A stretch of 64,000 nt of DNA from Phycisphaerae bacterium (lineage in GTDB: Bacteria; Planctomycetota; Phycisphaerae; UBA1845), in assembly GCA_963666835.2 (NCBI GenBank), contig CAXXGO010000001.1, positions 608,001 through 672,000 on the forward strand, written 5' to 3'. Below the pieces are notes generated by a model. The model saw only the letters and a list, made by a program, of their open reading frames with translations, did not search any database and was not told where the DNA came from. This document shows positions 9,223-18,929 of this stretch, piece by piece. Position 1 is the stretch's first letter; each line of letters begins with the position of its first letter. The position numbers were made by a program, and so were the translations under genes.

Positions 9223-10092
9223 CTACTTGCGTCTCTTACCTGGCCTTGGTCGGCCACGTTTCTTCGCGTCACCGGACGACTGCGTCCCCCGCCACGGCTC
9301 TCCACTCAACCGGCTGATGAGGTTCTCACGGACGAGCGTCATTGCCACCTCCGCGTCATAGTCGATCCCCGCGGCGAGAAGCGGCCTGATGTCCTCCAAG
9401 AACGCCCGGTCATCCTCTTTCTCGAATAGGTTACGCTCAAACTCGCCGCGTGAGATCCTATGCTTCTCGTGCTTCATGTACGCGGTGAAGCACGCAACCA
9501 CCTGATCCGGGTCCAGCAGGCCACGGCTCAGGCACAGCCACAGATCGAATAGATCGCGACCTTTGCGACGCTGGTAGAGGGCTCGCAGTTTCGTGCCCAT
9601 CAGTTCGTCCAGCTGATAGGTAGTCACGCTGGCCTCGCCGGTGAACCACGGGTTGGCCACCGCGAGCGGATGCCGGTGGTAGTCCAGAACCACGAAGTGC
9701 TCGCGCGTGTTGATTTCGATCTTCAGACGCAGGGTGCGGACAGGCGGAACCTCCGATTCGAACCGATACATAAGTGTCACGCTTGCGTCACTACGTGACC
9801 TCTTGGGTCGCCCTAGCCAGGGATCCAGGCGACCGCGGATCGCATTCAGCACATCACCAATGGCGCCTGCCTTCGCCTGGACCAGGTCTATGTCCTGCGA
9901 GTACCGGCTCGGTGGTTGGATGAACAGCTTGTTCAGGGCGGTCCCCCCTCGCAGGACAAGCGCACCGGCCAGGTCGGAATCGGCGAATATCTCGACCACC
10001 GCCCGCGAGAGTACAAGGTCCTGTTCGACTTGAGCGTCATCGGCCCAGGGTGCCGTCGCACGCCACGCGGTTATATGCGCCTGTGGTATCAT
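9223..10092 (-). CDS. abiEii: Type IV TA toxin, AbiEii-family nucleotidyltransferase
   Basis: QVEQDL, RGGTAL, RYSQDIDL, KLRALYQRRKGRDLFD; ATGA-coupled to the antitoxin. Confidence 0.9.
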   Translation of the reverse strand: MIPQAHITAWRATAPWADDAQVEQDLVLSRAVVEIFADSDLAGALVLRGGTALNKLFIQPPSRYSQDIDLVQAKAGAIGDVLNAIRGRLDPWLGRPKRSRSDASVTLMYRFESEVPPVRTLRLKIEINTREHFVVLDYHRHPLAVANPWFTGEASVTTYQLDELMGTKLRALYQRRKGRDLFDLWLCLSRGLLDPDQVVACFTAYMKHEKHRISRGEFERNLFEKEDDRAFLEDIRPLLAAGIDYDAEVAMTLVRENLISRLSGEPWRGTQSSGDAKKRGRPRPGKRRK

Positions 10093-10883
10093 GTTTCGAT
10101 CTCGATCGGCTCAACAACGCGCACGTGCCACCGCCAATCCTCCATCGAGCCGTTTGCGTTTCGGCCTGGTCGCAGCGGGACGATCCGCGGAGACTGGCGC
10201 CCAATCCATTCGTGAAGGGCCTTCGCCTGTGAGCGACCTCGAACCTGCTCAAGCAAGTAGCCAAGCCGCTGCGCGTTGGGAAGGTCCCCACTGGCGCGCA
10301 CGACCTTGAGCAATCGCTTTGGATCGAGCAGCGGAACCAGATCCATCAGGACGGTCGCGACGTTATCCAGGTGGCCGGCGGATTTCGCGAAGCGCACCAA
10401 ATCGACGGCCGTCGACTCCGGAGTGGACACGCGCATTGCACCCGTCGGGGTCTTCAGATTCTGGACCGCGGTGTTCGCAATGCGCTTGTTCACTAAGAAC
10501 CGAATCCTCGCACGGCCGACCTGTATGGGCCTGATCGGCCGGTCGGTGAGGACCTGGAACTCCTGAGGCTGCTGGTGCGAAGCTCCGTGGAGGGCCGCCG
10601 CGCTGAGGAGCCCAACATAGTAGGGTCGCTCCATCGCCTTCATCAGGTCCTCAATAAACCAGGACGGCGGCGGGGCGCCGGCGTGCAGATACTCGAGCGG
10701 GACGATTACGTAGAAGTAGCTCTTGACCTTCGCCACACGCTGGCGGCGGGCAAGTCTCTGTAGGGCCTTCTTCACTGCCTCGGCCGAGAGGCCGCTGCTG
10801 TTCACAGCCTCCGCCCGGAGGAAGGTGTACCGCCCGCGCGCCTGCAGGGCGTCGACCCAGGCTTCCAGAGTCGGAGCTGACAT
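10089..10883 (-). CDS. abiEi: Type IV TA antitoxin, AbiEi family
   Basis: GAGGTGG RBS before ATG 10883; YYVGLLSAAALHGASHQQPQ, VSTPESTAVD, QRLGYLL. Confidence 0.88.
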   Translation of the reverse strand: MSAPTLEAWVDALQARGRYTFLRAEAVNSSGLSAEAVKKALQRLARRQRVAKVKSYFYVIVPLEYLHAGAPPPSWFIEDLMKAMERPYYVGLLSAAALHGASHQQPQEFQVLTDRPIRPIQVGRARIRFLVNKRIANTAVQNLKTPTGAMRVSTPESTAVDLVRFAKSAGHLDNVATVLMDLVPLLDPKRLLKVVRASGDLPNAQRLGYLLEQVRGRSQAKALHEWIGRQSPRIVPLRPGRNANGSMEDWRWHVRVVEPIEIET

Positions 10884-10900
10884 TGCCACCTCGTAACGTC

Positions 10901-10969
10901 GTTTGCTTAAAGGGCTTACAAATATCCCTTTTCGCAAACAAGTGTACCACGCGTTTCTTTCCCTGTCAA
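10901..10969 (-). promoter_or_regulatory. Sigma70 promoter and inverted-repeat operator of the first abiE operon
   Basis: Minus strand TTGACA (10969-10964), 17 bp, TGG-TACACT (-10 at 10946-10941); IR GTTTGCnnAAAGGG...CCCTTTnnGCAAAC at 10901-10939. Confidence 0.75.
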
Positions 10970-11512
10970 GCGAGTCTCGGGCTCCGAAACTCCTGGTTAC
11001 CGGCGAGTCACGGCGCGCCTTGCGGCGAAACCGCCTGTTGCACAGCCGTCTTCCCTGCTCACGCGAGGTCCACTCCCGCTTAACCATTATGCGAGTTTCG
11101 GGGGTCGTGTTCAACCCCGGACATCGCGCTGCAAACGAGATTCCGACGCTGAAGGCCCGCCGGTGTCGCCCGGAGCTAATGCGTTGCTCACGATTGTATC
11201 ACGAGGGTACGACAGATGAGGTCGGACCCCTTGGTGGCATGGATCCACGCGCGGTTCGGAAATGTTCGACGTGTTGATCCGGGTCGGTGCGGCTTCTTCA
11301 ACCGTGGTATCCCAGTATATCCGCTTGGCGCTCGGCGCCTGCGCGGACCCGTTGCTAAACGCCGCCACGCGCGAATGCCCCGCCGAAGCCGAGACGCGCC
11401 AGCGACACCCTGCACCATAAGCGCGCGAGCGGCCGCATCTATCGCGCTCGCGCTGGTACGCAACTTGCAGCAACACGAGTGTTAGGCAGCATATTCCCTC
11501 GGAGCGTTCACC

Positions 11513-12019
11513 ATGTACTGCATAGGCAGGACCCCAGAGCCAGTGCGAGGCACCGTTCTTCTGATTGATGATGGACTGCATATGGGCTACCTTGTTAAGG
11601 AGGCGCTTAGGAGGATCGAGCAGCACTGCGTCTGCGACCTTTCTGGCATCTCGGCGGCACACGTCCTTCCTGACCACGAAAGGGCTATGGACGCAGCGCT
11701 TGCAACCATCGATTCCATGGAACGTTTTCTGGCGCAGCGCACAGACACAATCCTCGCGTGTCTCCTTGACTGCCACCTCCATTCCAGTCCATTGGAGCGT
11801 AGCATCGAGTTGCAGCAAACCGCAGCCGCCGGGTTGCCCCCCTTCGGCCTGCGGTTTCGTAGTATTCCGATGGCGATGTTAACGGCGGTCGCAGACATCG
11901 CTGATATTCGTCACCGAGCCACCTGCACCGTATTTCAGAAATGCGTGTGCGTGGGCGATGGCGTTGATCTCTGTCCACGGCTGGTTTATTGGCTACGCAA
12001 CGCGATCGGCATTCTCTAG
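11513..12019 (+). CDS. Divergent stand-alone receiver-domain protein
   Basis: VLLIDD, CLLD, AMLTA and VFQK in receiver-domain order, with two insertions; GGAG RBS. Confidence 0.55.
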   Translation: MYCIGRTPEPVRGTVLLIDDGLHMGYLVKEALRRIEQHCVCDLSGISAAHVLPDHERAMDAALATIDSMERFLAQRTDTILACLLDCHLHSSPLERSIELQQTAAAGLPPFGLRFRSIPMAMLTAVADIADIRHRATCTVFQKCVCVGDGVDLCPRLVYWLRNAIGIL

Positions 12020-14434
12020 TAATCGCGGAAGGTCAATCCAAACCTGTGTGCCCTCGTCGTGGGACTCCTTCCTCAAGATCACTCCGTAATGCCCTAGTTG
12101 GTTCGCAAGCGTATTCCACGGCACGGGCGGAGAGATAAGGCACTTCGGGTAGACGATGGGGCGTTCGAGGCCCGTCGTCGTGCTCCCACTTTCGTCAAGC
12201 GAGGCAATCGCAACAGACGTCACCAAACCGATGTGCAACCATCCGGACGTCTCCTTGCTCACAACCTTGACCGTAAGTGCCTCTTTCTTTCCATCCAACA
12301 GTGTGTTCGGTGTGTGCTCGTATAACCATGCGGGCAAAACCAGTATGGCCACTTCCAGCAGCGTCTGTCCACATTTAACGAGTGTCCCTTCGGCTAGAGA
12401 CTCGACATCCGACTGCACCGTGGCGCGAATACTGTATGTGGCATCCGTGGATATGCTCCCATTGTGAAACAGATTTCTCCATACGGCTTGGAGATCACAC
12501 CAGTCGTCTTCCGAGTGCGCATTCTGATCCGCGGCGACTCGTGCTGCTGCCAAGGAGCGGTTCAACATCTGAACGATCCGGTCCGCACCGACGACGTACG
12601 CCTCGTTCGTGTCGCCCGGACTCCCTCCGAGAAGAAACTTGATTGCACACGCAAAGTTGCCTACCTCATGTCGGTACGTTCCCGCAATCTCCCTAGCCCG
12701 CTCCCTCTCCTGTGCCTCGCGCCACTTCATGCTCTCCTGGTTTCCGATCCGAAAGGAGATCATCTGGGCAAACGCCTGCAGCAGACGCATGTCCCCTCTC
12801 GAGAACCCGTCCGCCGCTAACGCGTCTTCGTTGCGATTCAGCCGATCGCGGATCTTCAGTACACCGATCGTGCGGATCGGCTTCCCGGCGGCCCGTAACT
12901 GGACAGGCTCGAAAACCGGCACGGCGATAACATGCTGCGACAAGCGGTATTTTCCCGCTTGCACGCTCCCTGACTCCTCTTCCTTCTCAAAGGCATCCGT
13001 CCAGTGCAGAAACCCGTCATCGATCCGGATCGGTTTCCCACTCGCGAACACCTGTCCGGTTGTTCCTTCATCAGCAACATAGTAGGCGTCTCCGCACCAC
13101 GATCGGCGGCATCGACAATACAGCTCCATGTGCTGACAATCGGCTTCTTCCTCGCTCTTACCTCTGAACTCGGGGGTAAGGTAGAGTTCGGATCGATCGG
13201 CCTTGAAATCACCGCGGATCCTCTCCAATTCGTTCAGTACGTCATCCAACGGGGTGTCGCCCGACAGACCACCACATCCCTCGAGCATACCGAGGAGGTC
13301 CTTTGCTCGCGCTAACAGCTGTCCCTCAGTTTCGGCCTTGAATCCGCCATCTTGAATGCACACCCGGCCCTGGACGTCTCGTGAGTGATTATCGCGCAGG
13401 ATAAGCACGCCGATCGGCTTTGTACGGTCAGTGTTCCAGAGAAGCAGACCTAGAACGCAGCGCGTGAGCCCAAGAGGCCCCAGAGCATATCGCCCGAACT
13501 TCTCATCCCGGAGGAGGTCAGGTATATTCAACGGCTCACTACTGCCAGCCTGCCAGATGTGGGATACCAAAGATTGATCACCCCACCCATGCCTGAGGGG
13601 CTTGAATGGAGCGATCGCCTCGTTTACTAGCCGAACACGGTCTCGTGTTTTGTCGTTCGTATCCGGAGCATACTCGGGGGTCAGGTAAAGCTGGCAGCTG
13701 TCACAGTTCATGTGCTCGCGGACACGCTCCACCAAACCGCCAAACTCTGTCGCGGCGCCCGCCATTGGCTGCCTCTGGGCGAGAAGGTCTACAACGCCCG
13801 AGTGTATGGCATCAGCAAGATGATCATAGCGCCGCGCTAGCCCCGCTGATTCCCAGTTGATGCTCACGTGAGTGACGATCCACGCGAGAAACTCAAGTTC
13901 CTTGGCGTATGGTCTTTCAACGTCGCCGCCTTGTGTCACCCGGGACTCGTTCAGCGCCACTACCAACAAAGACCGTGCCGTACGCGCGGCAACATACTCT
14001 GGCGGAACGAAACTCTTCAGAGGAATGATGGCAAGCGTATCCGGTCGGCCAGCCTTGAGCGCTCTCGCAAGCCATCTAAACTCCGGGGGGTCGTCCGCCG
14101 TGTGCTTATGGTAGGTAACTGCGGCATCCCCTGCGAGATCGAAGTGCTCTTTCAAGTAGCTTGCGAGGCGCGCTAGGCCATCGTCTTCGCTCAGCAACTT
14201 ACGGTTCCAAGCCTTCGAACACACGGGGAGTTTCGGTTTCGCGCAAGCCTGCGAAGACAGCAGGATCGTGCCGGTAACACCGGGGATCTTGTCCTGCATT
14301 TCCTGCAGCAGATCGGCCATACGGTCGTCGAACCGCTGCGCTTTCCCCTCAGCAGTCGCCGAGAGGTCTTGCTTCTTGAGTTCCCGAAGAGCATGATAAA
14401 GTAACGACGCCATTGCGCCATCGTCCCACGGCAT
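11993..14434 (-). CDS. Tandem-GAF sensor with a degenerate histidine-kinase-like C-terminus
   Basis: Internal repeat (QLYLTPEY/ELYLTPEF; IGVLILRD/IGVLKIRD), EGTTGQVFASGKP, H-box-like YRHEVGN, terminal GTQVWIDLP; GGGAG RBS. Confidence 0.7.
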   Translation of the reverse strand: MPWDDGAMASLLYHALRELKKQDLSATAEGKAQRFDDRMADLLQEMQDKIPGVTGTILLSSQACAKPKLPVCSKAWNRKLLSEDDGLARLASYLKEHFDLAGDAAVTYHKHTADDPPEFRWLARALKAGRPDTLAIIPLKSFVPPEYVAARTARSLLVVALNESRVTQGGDVERPYAKELEFLAWIVTHVSINWESAGLARRYDHLADAIHSGVVDLLAQRQPMAGAATEFGGLVERVREHMNCDSCQLYLTPEYAPDTNDKTRDRVRLVNEAIAPFKPLRHGWGDQSLVSHIWQAGSSEPLNIPDLLRDEKFGRYALGPLGLTRCVLGLLLWNTDRTKPIGVLILRDNHSRDVQGRVCIQDGGFKAETEGQLLARAKDLLGMLEGCGGLSGDTPLDDVLNELERIRGDFKADRSELYLTPEFRGKSEEEADCQHMELYCRCRRSWCGDAYYVADEGTTGQVFASGKPIRIDDGFLHWTDAFEKEEESGSVQAGKYRLSQHVIAVPVFEPVQLRAAGKPIRTIGVLKIRDRLNRNEDALAADGFSRGDMRLLQAFAQMISFRIGNQESMKWREAQERERAREIAGTYRHEVGNFACAIKFLLGGSPGDTNEAYVVGADRIVQMLNRSLAAARVAADQNAHSEDDWCDLQAVWRNLFHNGSISTDATYSIRATVQSDVESLAEGTLVKCGQTLLEVAILVLPAWLYEHTPNTLLDGKKEALTVKVVSKETSGWLHIGLVTSVAIASLDESGSTTTGLERPIVYPKCLISPPVPWNTLANQLGHYGVILRKESHDEGTQVWIDLPRLLENADRVA

Positions 14435-14502
14435 GGTTGTACTCCCCTCATAGTACGGCGCGGTGCGGTTGTGGCGGAATACGTCCAGCGGATCACCTAC
14501 TG

Positions 14503-14904
14503 CTAATCCCGGTGATCCTGCAAAGCCTCACGAATCTCGCGGACAATCTCATCTTCGAGATCAGGACGGCCCTTTTCCACGAACCTCACGCCGAGCTTTT
14601 CACATCGTGACCACAAGCGGTCGGGTTCAACCAGCGTGATAAGAAGAATGGCGGCACATGACCCCATCCGCCGCAGCTCCTCCGCCACGTCGAGGCCCGT
14701 CTTGAGGTCCTCGTCTGATCCCGTCTGCTCGAGCGAGTAATCGAGCAAGGCGATAGTGAAACTCTCTTCCCTTATCAGGCGGAGTGCCTCACCGTACGTC
14801 GTGGCGTGGCGAATACTACAGTCAGGAAGCTGCCCGTTCCGCACTGCGGAGGTGACGAGTGCGTCCCATCCCGGCTGGTCTTCCAATACGAGAATCTTCG
14901 ACAT
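14503..14904 (-). CDS. Single-domain response regulator (receiver only)
   Basis: KILVLED, ALLDYSL, GLDV, LLIT, FVEKG; GGAG RBS before ATG 14904. Confidence 0.85.
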   Translation of the reverse strand: MSKILVLEDQPGWDALVTSAVRNGQLPDCSIRHATTYGEALRLIREESFTIALLDYSLEQTGSDEDLKTGLDVAEELRRMGSCAAILLITLVEPDRLWSRCEKLGVRFVEKGRPDLEDEIVREIREALQDHRD

Positions 14905-15649
14905 AACCAAGGCTCCATTGCTGTAGCCGGCTGATATTAACCATGCAAGATCCATGCCAAGCAGGTCACGTGAATATTGGAGCGGACCGCTGGGGATTTG
15001 CCATTGTGCCTCCTTGTGTGTAAGTCCGTAGCAGTGCCCGCCGGTCGCGGAGTGCTACGAACTCCCTCCTGGTAATAGACAGCACCCATCCGCGCGCCCC
15101 TGGTGCGGGCGCAGGCCGGGATCGCGCTGCTCTTCAAGAAGCGCCCCACGCGAATACGGAGACGCGTCCGCTTCCGCTTCGTCGTTTTTCTTTGCGACGC
15201 ACGTGCCTGACAGCGCGCCGTAACGACACAGGATCGACTGCCGACAGTCGGTCGCACGAGAACGCTCGCGAACCGTGATTCTGTGCTTTTCGAGACGCCA
15301 CCCGCTCCCACCGCTACGGCCTGGGCCAGCGGATCGAGACACGGTTCTACGCCATTGCACTGCAATCCACGCCGGTCGGGTTACTCACCCAATACGCGAC
15401 GAATCGTCCGCAGATCACCTCAATTCCACACCCCGGAGCCCGGGAGAGGAAGAAGTCTCATACGCCCCCCCCATTGGAACGACTGGAGCGGCGGAGTCGA
15501 TCGCCGGACCGTCGTTTCTATCCCCGGCGATCGTTAATCCCGCCCGCGGCCTTGCTCCACATACGTCGCTCTGTCATACTTACTACTCGGTCGCCTTTCG
15601 CAGACTTGAAGCATAGGATCAACTGCCGCCATTGCGCAGGAGAACATCT

Positions 15650-17635
15650 GTGGCGTCCAAACGAGGAATGCCCGGGCAAGATCAGGCCGCCACCGCGGAT
15701 GCGCTGGGATTCGCCCCGTTCGTGACCGCGGTCCATAAGCACCTCGCCGATCCTCACTCCAAACCCCCGCTAACTCTGTCCGTCGAAGGTGATTGGGGCA
15801 GTGGCAAGTCCTCGTTCATGCTCCAACTTCGCGACAAGATCAGGGAAGAGAACCCCGAAGACTACGTCGTGTGGTTTAACGCCTGGCGGCACGACAAGGA
15901 CGAGTCGGTCTGGGCGGCGTTCGCCGTGGAGTTTGTGAGGCAGTTGAATCACGAAATCTGGCGAAGATGCAACTGGCGGAACCGGTGGTTCTTTCCGTGG
16001 CTCAGATCCTGGATCCGGAACCGGTCGTTGGTCAAGCGTCTCGCAAAATGCGGGCTGGTGAAGTGGTTGCGCCGCAGGCTGCTGGTCAAGTTCGTAGGCT
16101 GGGCGATCGAGGCCGTCAACCCGCTCAATCTGATCTCAGTGACATTCTGGGGCTGGTCGAGACTGCGGATCGCCACTAGGCTGTCACTGCAGAGGTTCGA
16201 CTGGGACAAGGGCCTCCAGGACGTCCTGAAGACGGCGTTTCTTTTCCTGCCCTGGCTTGCGCTATTAGCCTACGGCCTGTGGGCGTGGTGCGTCGGATCG
16301 GGGGACAAGGTTGAGAATGTCGCGCAAGCGGCGACGCAGGCCGTGCCGGGCGACGTCGATGCCTCCAATTGGCCTAAGCTGGCGGAGGTCTTCCTTCCCG
16401 TCCGGTCCTCCATCCTGGGCGCCGTCGGTATCCTCCTCACATTGGCCTACAAATTCACTGGCAACCCTCTGCGATACGACTTGCGCAAGTACGCTCGCGG
16501 ACCGAACTATCAAGACAAGGTCGCGTTCATTGAGCGGTTCCACGCGGACTTCAGCAAGGTCGTCTCGGTCATGGCCGGCGAACGGAAGATCTACGTTTTC
16601 ATCGACGATCTCGACCGTTGCGACGTGCCCAAGGCGGCCGATCTGATGCAAGCCTTGAATCTGATGATCCCGGATGACAGCGATCCGGCGCACCTGCGAC
16701 TTGTCTTTATCCTCGGCCTGGATCGCGAGAAAGTCTCCGCCGGTCTGGCGGTCAAGTTCAAGGATCTTCTGCCTTATCTCGGCAGCCCCGCGCCCGCTGA
16801 CGAGAATGAGACCGAGCCGGAGAACAACCGGACGGAGAATACGGCCGCGACCGCCTCGAAAAGTGCAGCGCTATCCCGGCAGGAAAGGGCCGCCGGCGTA
16901 CGCTTCGGGCACTCCTTCATCGAGAAGTTCATTCAGCTCCCATTCTTGGTCCCGCGGCCCAGAACGGAGGACTTGGACAGGTTTGTTGAGGATCTCTTTC
17001 TAGACGACAAGCCGACGACCCCGGCCGCGGAGAAGCCGGGCAAACTGGAACAGAAGGACGTCGGCGACGCTTCGCGCGTGGCGGATCGCGGGGGTGCCGA
17101 GCCGGCAGAACGTGTTGACGGCCCCGACACGCAAACTGATGCGAGGGCGGGCGGGGAAGGCGTCCCCGTCGATGTTGACTCACAGTTGGCGACGTCCACG
17201 CCACCGCAATGTCCGCACGACGAACGGGAAGCCTGGGATGCATTCTTCGATGACCCGAAGGAGAAGCTCCGCGAGCTTGTACTGATGGTCGCTCCGGCCT
17301 TCGGTTACAACCCGCGGACCATGAAGCAATTCATGAACCTGTTCCGCCTGCGAGCACGCATCTGGGACGAAGTCTGTACACAAACTGCCGGCACTCGGCA
17401 GGTGCCGCACATCTGCATGGAACAGTTAGCCAAGTTTGTGGCCATCAGTCTGCGATGGCCTTTGCTGGTATCCCTGGGGCAACGACGAGCCGAGTCCGGT
17501 GGTTGCCAACTACGACGAGAGCGGAGTGTCGTGTCCCACACCAGTAGGCGTCTACGCCCGTGGGGCCACGCCGGAGGGCGCGTTGGATCTGGCCGGCAAT
17601 GTCTGGGAGTGGTGCCGGGATGCGTGGCATGGTAA
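15650..17635 (+). CDS. KAP family P-loop NTPase with TM insert; C-terminus disrupted after ~17468
   Basis: DALGF, GDWGSGKSS, FNAWRH, FIDDLDRC, FIEKFIQLPF, NPRTMKQFMN; AGGAG RBS before GTG 15650; the last ~55 codons are out-of-frame read-through of an FGE fragment. Confidence 0.88.
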   Translation: MASKRGMPGQDQAATADALGFAPFVTAVHKHLADPHSKPPLTLSVEGDWGSGKSSFMLQLRDKIREENPEDYVVWFNAWRHDKDESVWAAFAVEFVRQLNHEIWRRCNWRNRWFFPWLRSWIRNRSLVKRLAKCGLVKWLRRRLLVKFVGWAIEAVNPLNLISVTFWGWSRLRIATRLSLQRFDWDKGLQDVLKTAFLFLPWLALLAYGLWAWCVGSGDKVENVAQAATQAVPGDVDASNWPKLAEVFLPVRSSILGAVGILLTLAYKFTGNPLRYDLRKYARGPNYQDKVAFIERFHADFSKVVSVMAGERKIYVFIDDLDRCDVPKAADLMQALNLMIPDDSDPAHLRLVFILGLDREKVSAGLAVKFKDLLPYLGSPAPADENETEPENNRTENTAATASKSAALSRQERAAGVRFGHSFIEKFIQLPFLVPRPRTEDLDRFVEDLFLDDKPTTPAAEKPGKLEQKDVGDASRVADRGGAEPAERVDGPDTQTDARAGGEGVPVDVDSQLATSTPPQCPHDEREAWDAFFDDPKEKLRELVLMVAPAFGYNPRTMKQFMNLFRLRARIWDEVCTQTAGTRQVPHICMEQLAKFVAISLRWPLLVSLGQRRAESGGCQLRRERSVVSHTSRRLRPWGHAGGRVGSGRQCLGVVPGCVAW

Positions 17636-17660
17636 CTACGAAGGTACTCCGGATGGTCGG
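17469..17660 (+). pseudogene. Internal fragment of an FGE-sulfatase (C-type lectin fold) domain
   Basis: YPWG...ANY...TPVGVY..GATPEGALDLAGNVWEWCRD; lacks the N-terminus and the RGGSW...GFR end. Confidence 0.85.
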
Positions 17661-17663
17661 GGC

Positions 17664-17785
17664 ATGGCTGAACCGGCAGCGCAAGTGGACCTCTTCGAAA
17701 AGCTGACGAGCTGGGAAAACCTCTATAGTGCCGCCCGCAAGACACGCCTTGGCAAGCGCCGCCGCACGCAAGTCGTCGCCTGGGC
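17664..17785 (+). pseudogene. N-terminal fragment of a DGR-type reverse transcriptase
   Basis: DLFEKLTSWENLYSAARKTRLGKR resembles the usual DGR RT start (LFE.I.S.ENL..A..KAR.GKR); no catalytic motifs follow. Confidence 0.65.
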
Positions 17786-17875
17786 GAGCTTCGCCAGCTG
17801 GCGGAATCCGGGAAGGTTGGGGATACGCAAGGTTGTGCAGGTTCGCGGGAACGATGCCGTTCGCAGCCGCTGGGA

Positions 17876-18589
17876 TTGCTGGAATACCGGTATCGGGTCA
17901 AGGCGAGGAATGATGCCGGCGAGAGTTCCTACAGCAGCGCGAGCAGTGGTGAACGAGCCGAAAGCGTTGACACACCGAATGCTCCGATTAGTGTAAGCGC
18001 CTCGGACGGAACGTATGCGGACAAGGTCCGTGTCACCTGGGGGAGTGTTCAAGCGGCTGATGAGTATCGTGTCTATCGCTGCACAAACTCCAGCAGTACC
18101 TCGTCCTGCTCGGGCCAGAGCGCGTGGCAGAGCGCGAGAATATACGATGACACCTCTGTTGTGCCTGGGACGACCTATTGGTATCGTGTGAAGGCGAGGA
18201 ACGACGACGGGGAGAGCCCATACAGCGACGCGAACAGTAGCTTCCGCGCGGAATGCAGCACTACCAGCGACTGTAGCATCAGCTTACGATGCTTGAGCGG
18301 GCGGTGCATAACACAGATAGGATCTGGCGACCCAGATAATGATGGCCTGTTGTTCGACGAAGACAACTGCCTGGATGATTGGAATCCCGGCCAAGATGAC
18401 ACCGATGGAGATGGGATAGGCGATGCATGCGACGCGTGTCGTAATTCGAGTGGCAGTTGCGCCAACGGCTGCCCGCCGACGCCTTCCATTTGTGGCAACG
18501 GTGCCTGCGCGGGTATGCTAGTGGCTCTATTCGGGTGGTTCGGCTTACGCTTTGTCGGGGGCAGGCGACGAACGTGTTGCAAGGGGTGA
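17876..18589 (+). pseudogene. 5'-truncated surface protein: FN3 repeat(s), thrombospondin type-3 repeats, Cys-TM-basic C-terminal sorting tail
   Basis: Starts in mid-FN3 (YRVKARNDAGESSYS, repeated as YRVKARNDDGESPYS); DNC..NPGQDDTDGDGIGDAC; CGNGACAG-hydrophobic-RRR; no signal peptide. Confidence 0.7.
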
Positions 18590-18929
18590 GAATGACTGTC
18601 GTTCGGGAGAATCCCATCCGGATGGGATCGGACACGCCGAGTGGGGTGCATGAGGGCGATCGCACGCGGGGCCAGGATAGCCGGCCCGTTGAGAGCGGTT
18701 CCGATGAGTGTTTAGGGGCGTTTCGGGCTTGTCCCAGGCTGGTCGTGGCAGTGTACCTGCGTCTATAATGGACCGAGGTTTGCATCCGGGCGCGTTTTCC
18801 CGGTGGCTGGGAGGCATGGGCTCCGCGGTATAGTGGGACTGCTGGCTCTGGTTGACGTCGTTGGGCCGACGGCAATCGTCCGTCTTATGAAAGGTGAGGC
18901 GGTTCAGTGACGCTCGGCGTGGGATGCGG

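Noticed and set aside
14960..15630. Short ORFs between the receiver and KAP genes
   Set aside because: No recognisable motifs, RBS or consistent coding signal
17436..17996. Intact DGR, or a real 186-aa gene
   Set aside because: The ORF is a patchwork of fragments; no RT catalytic motif, avd or TR/VR pair found
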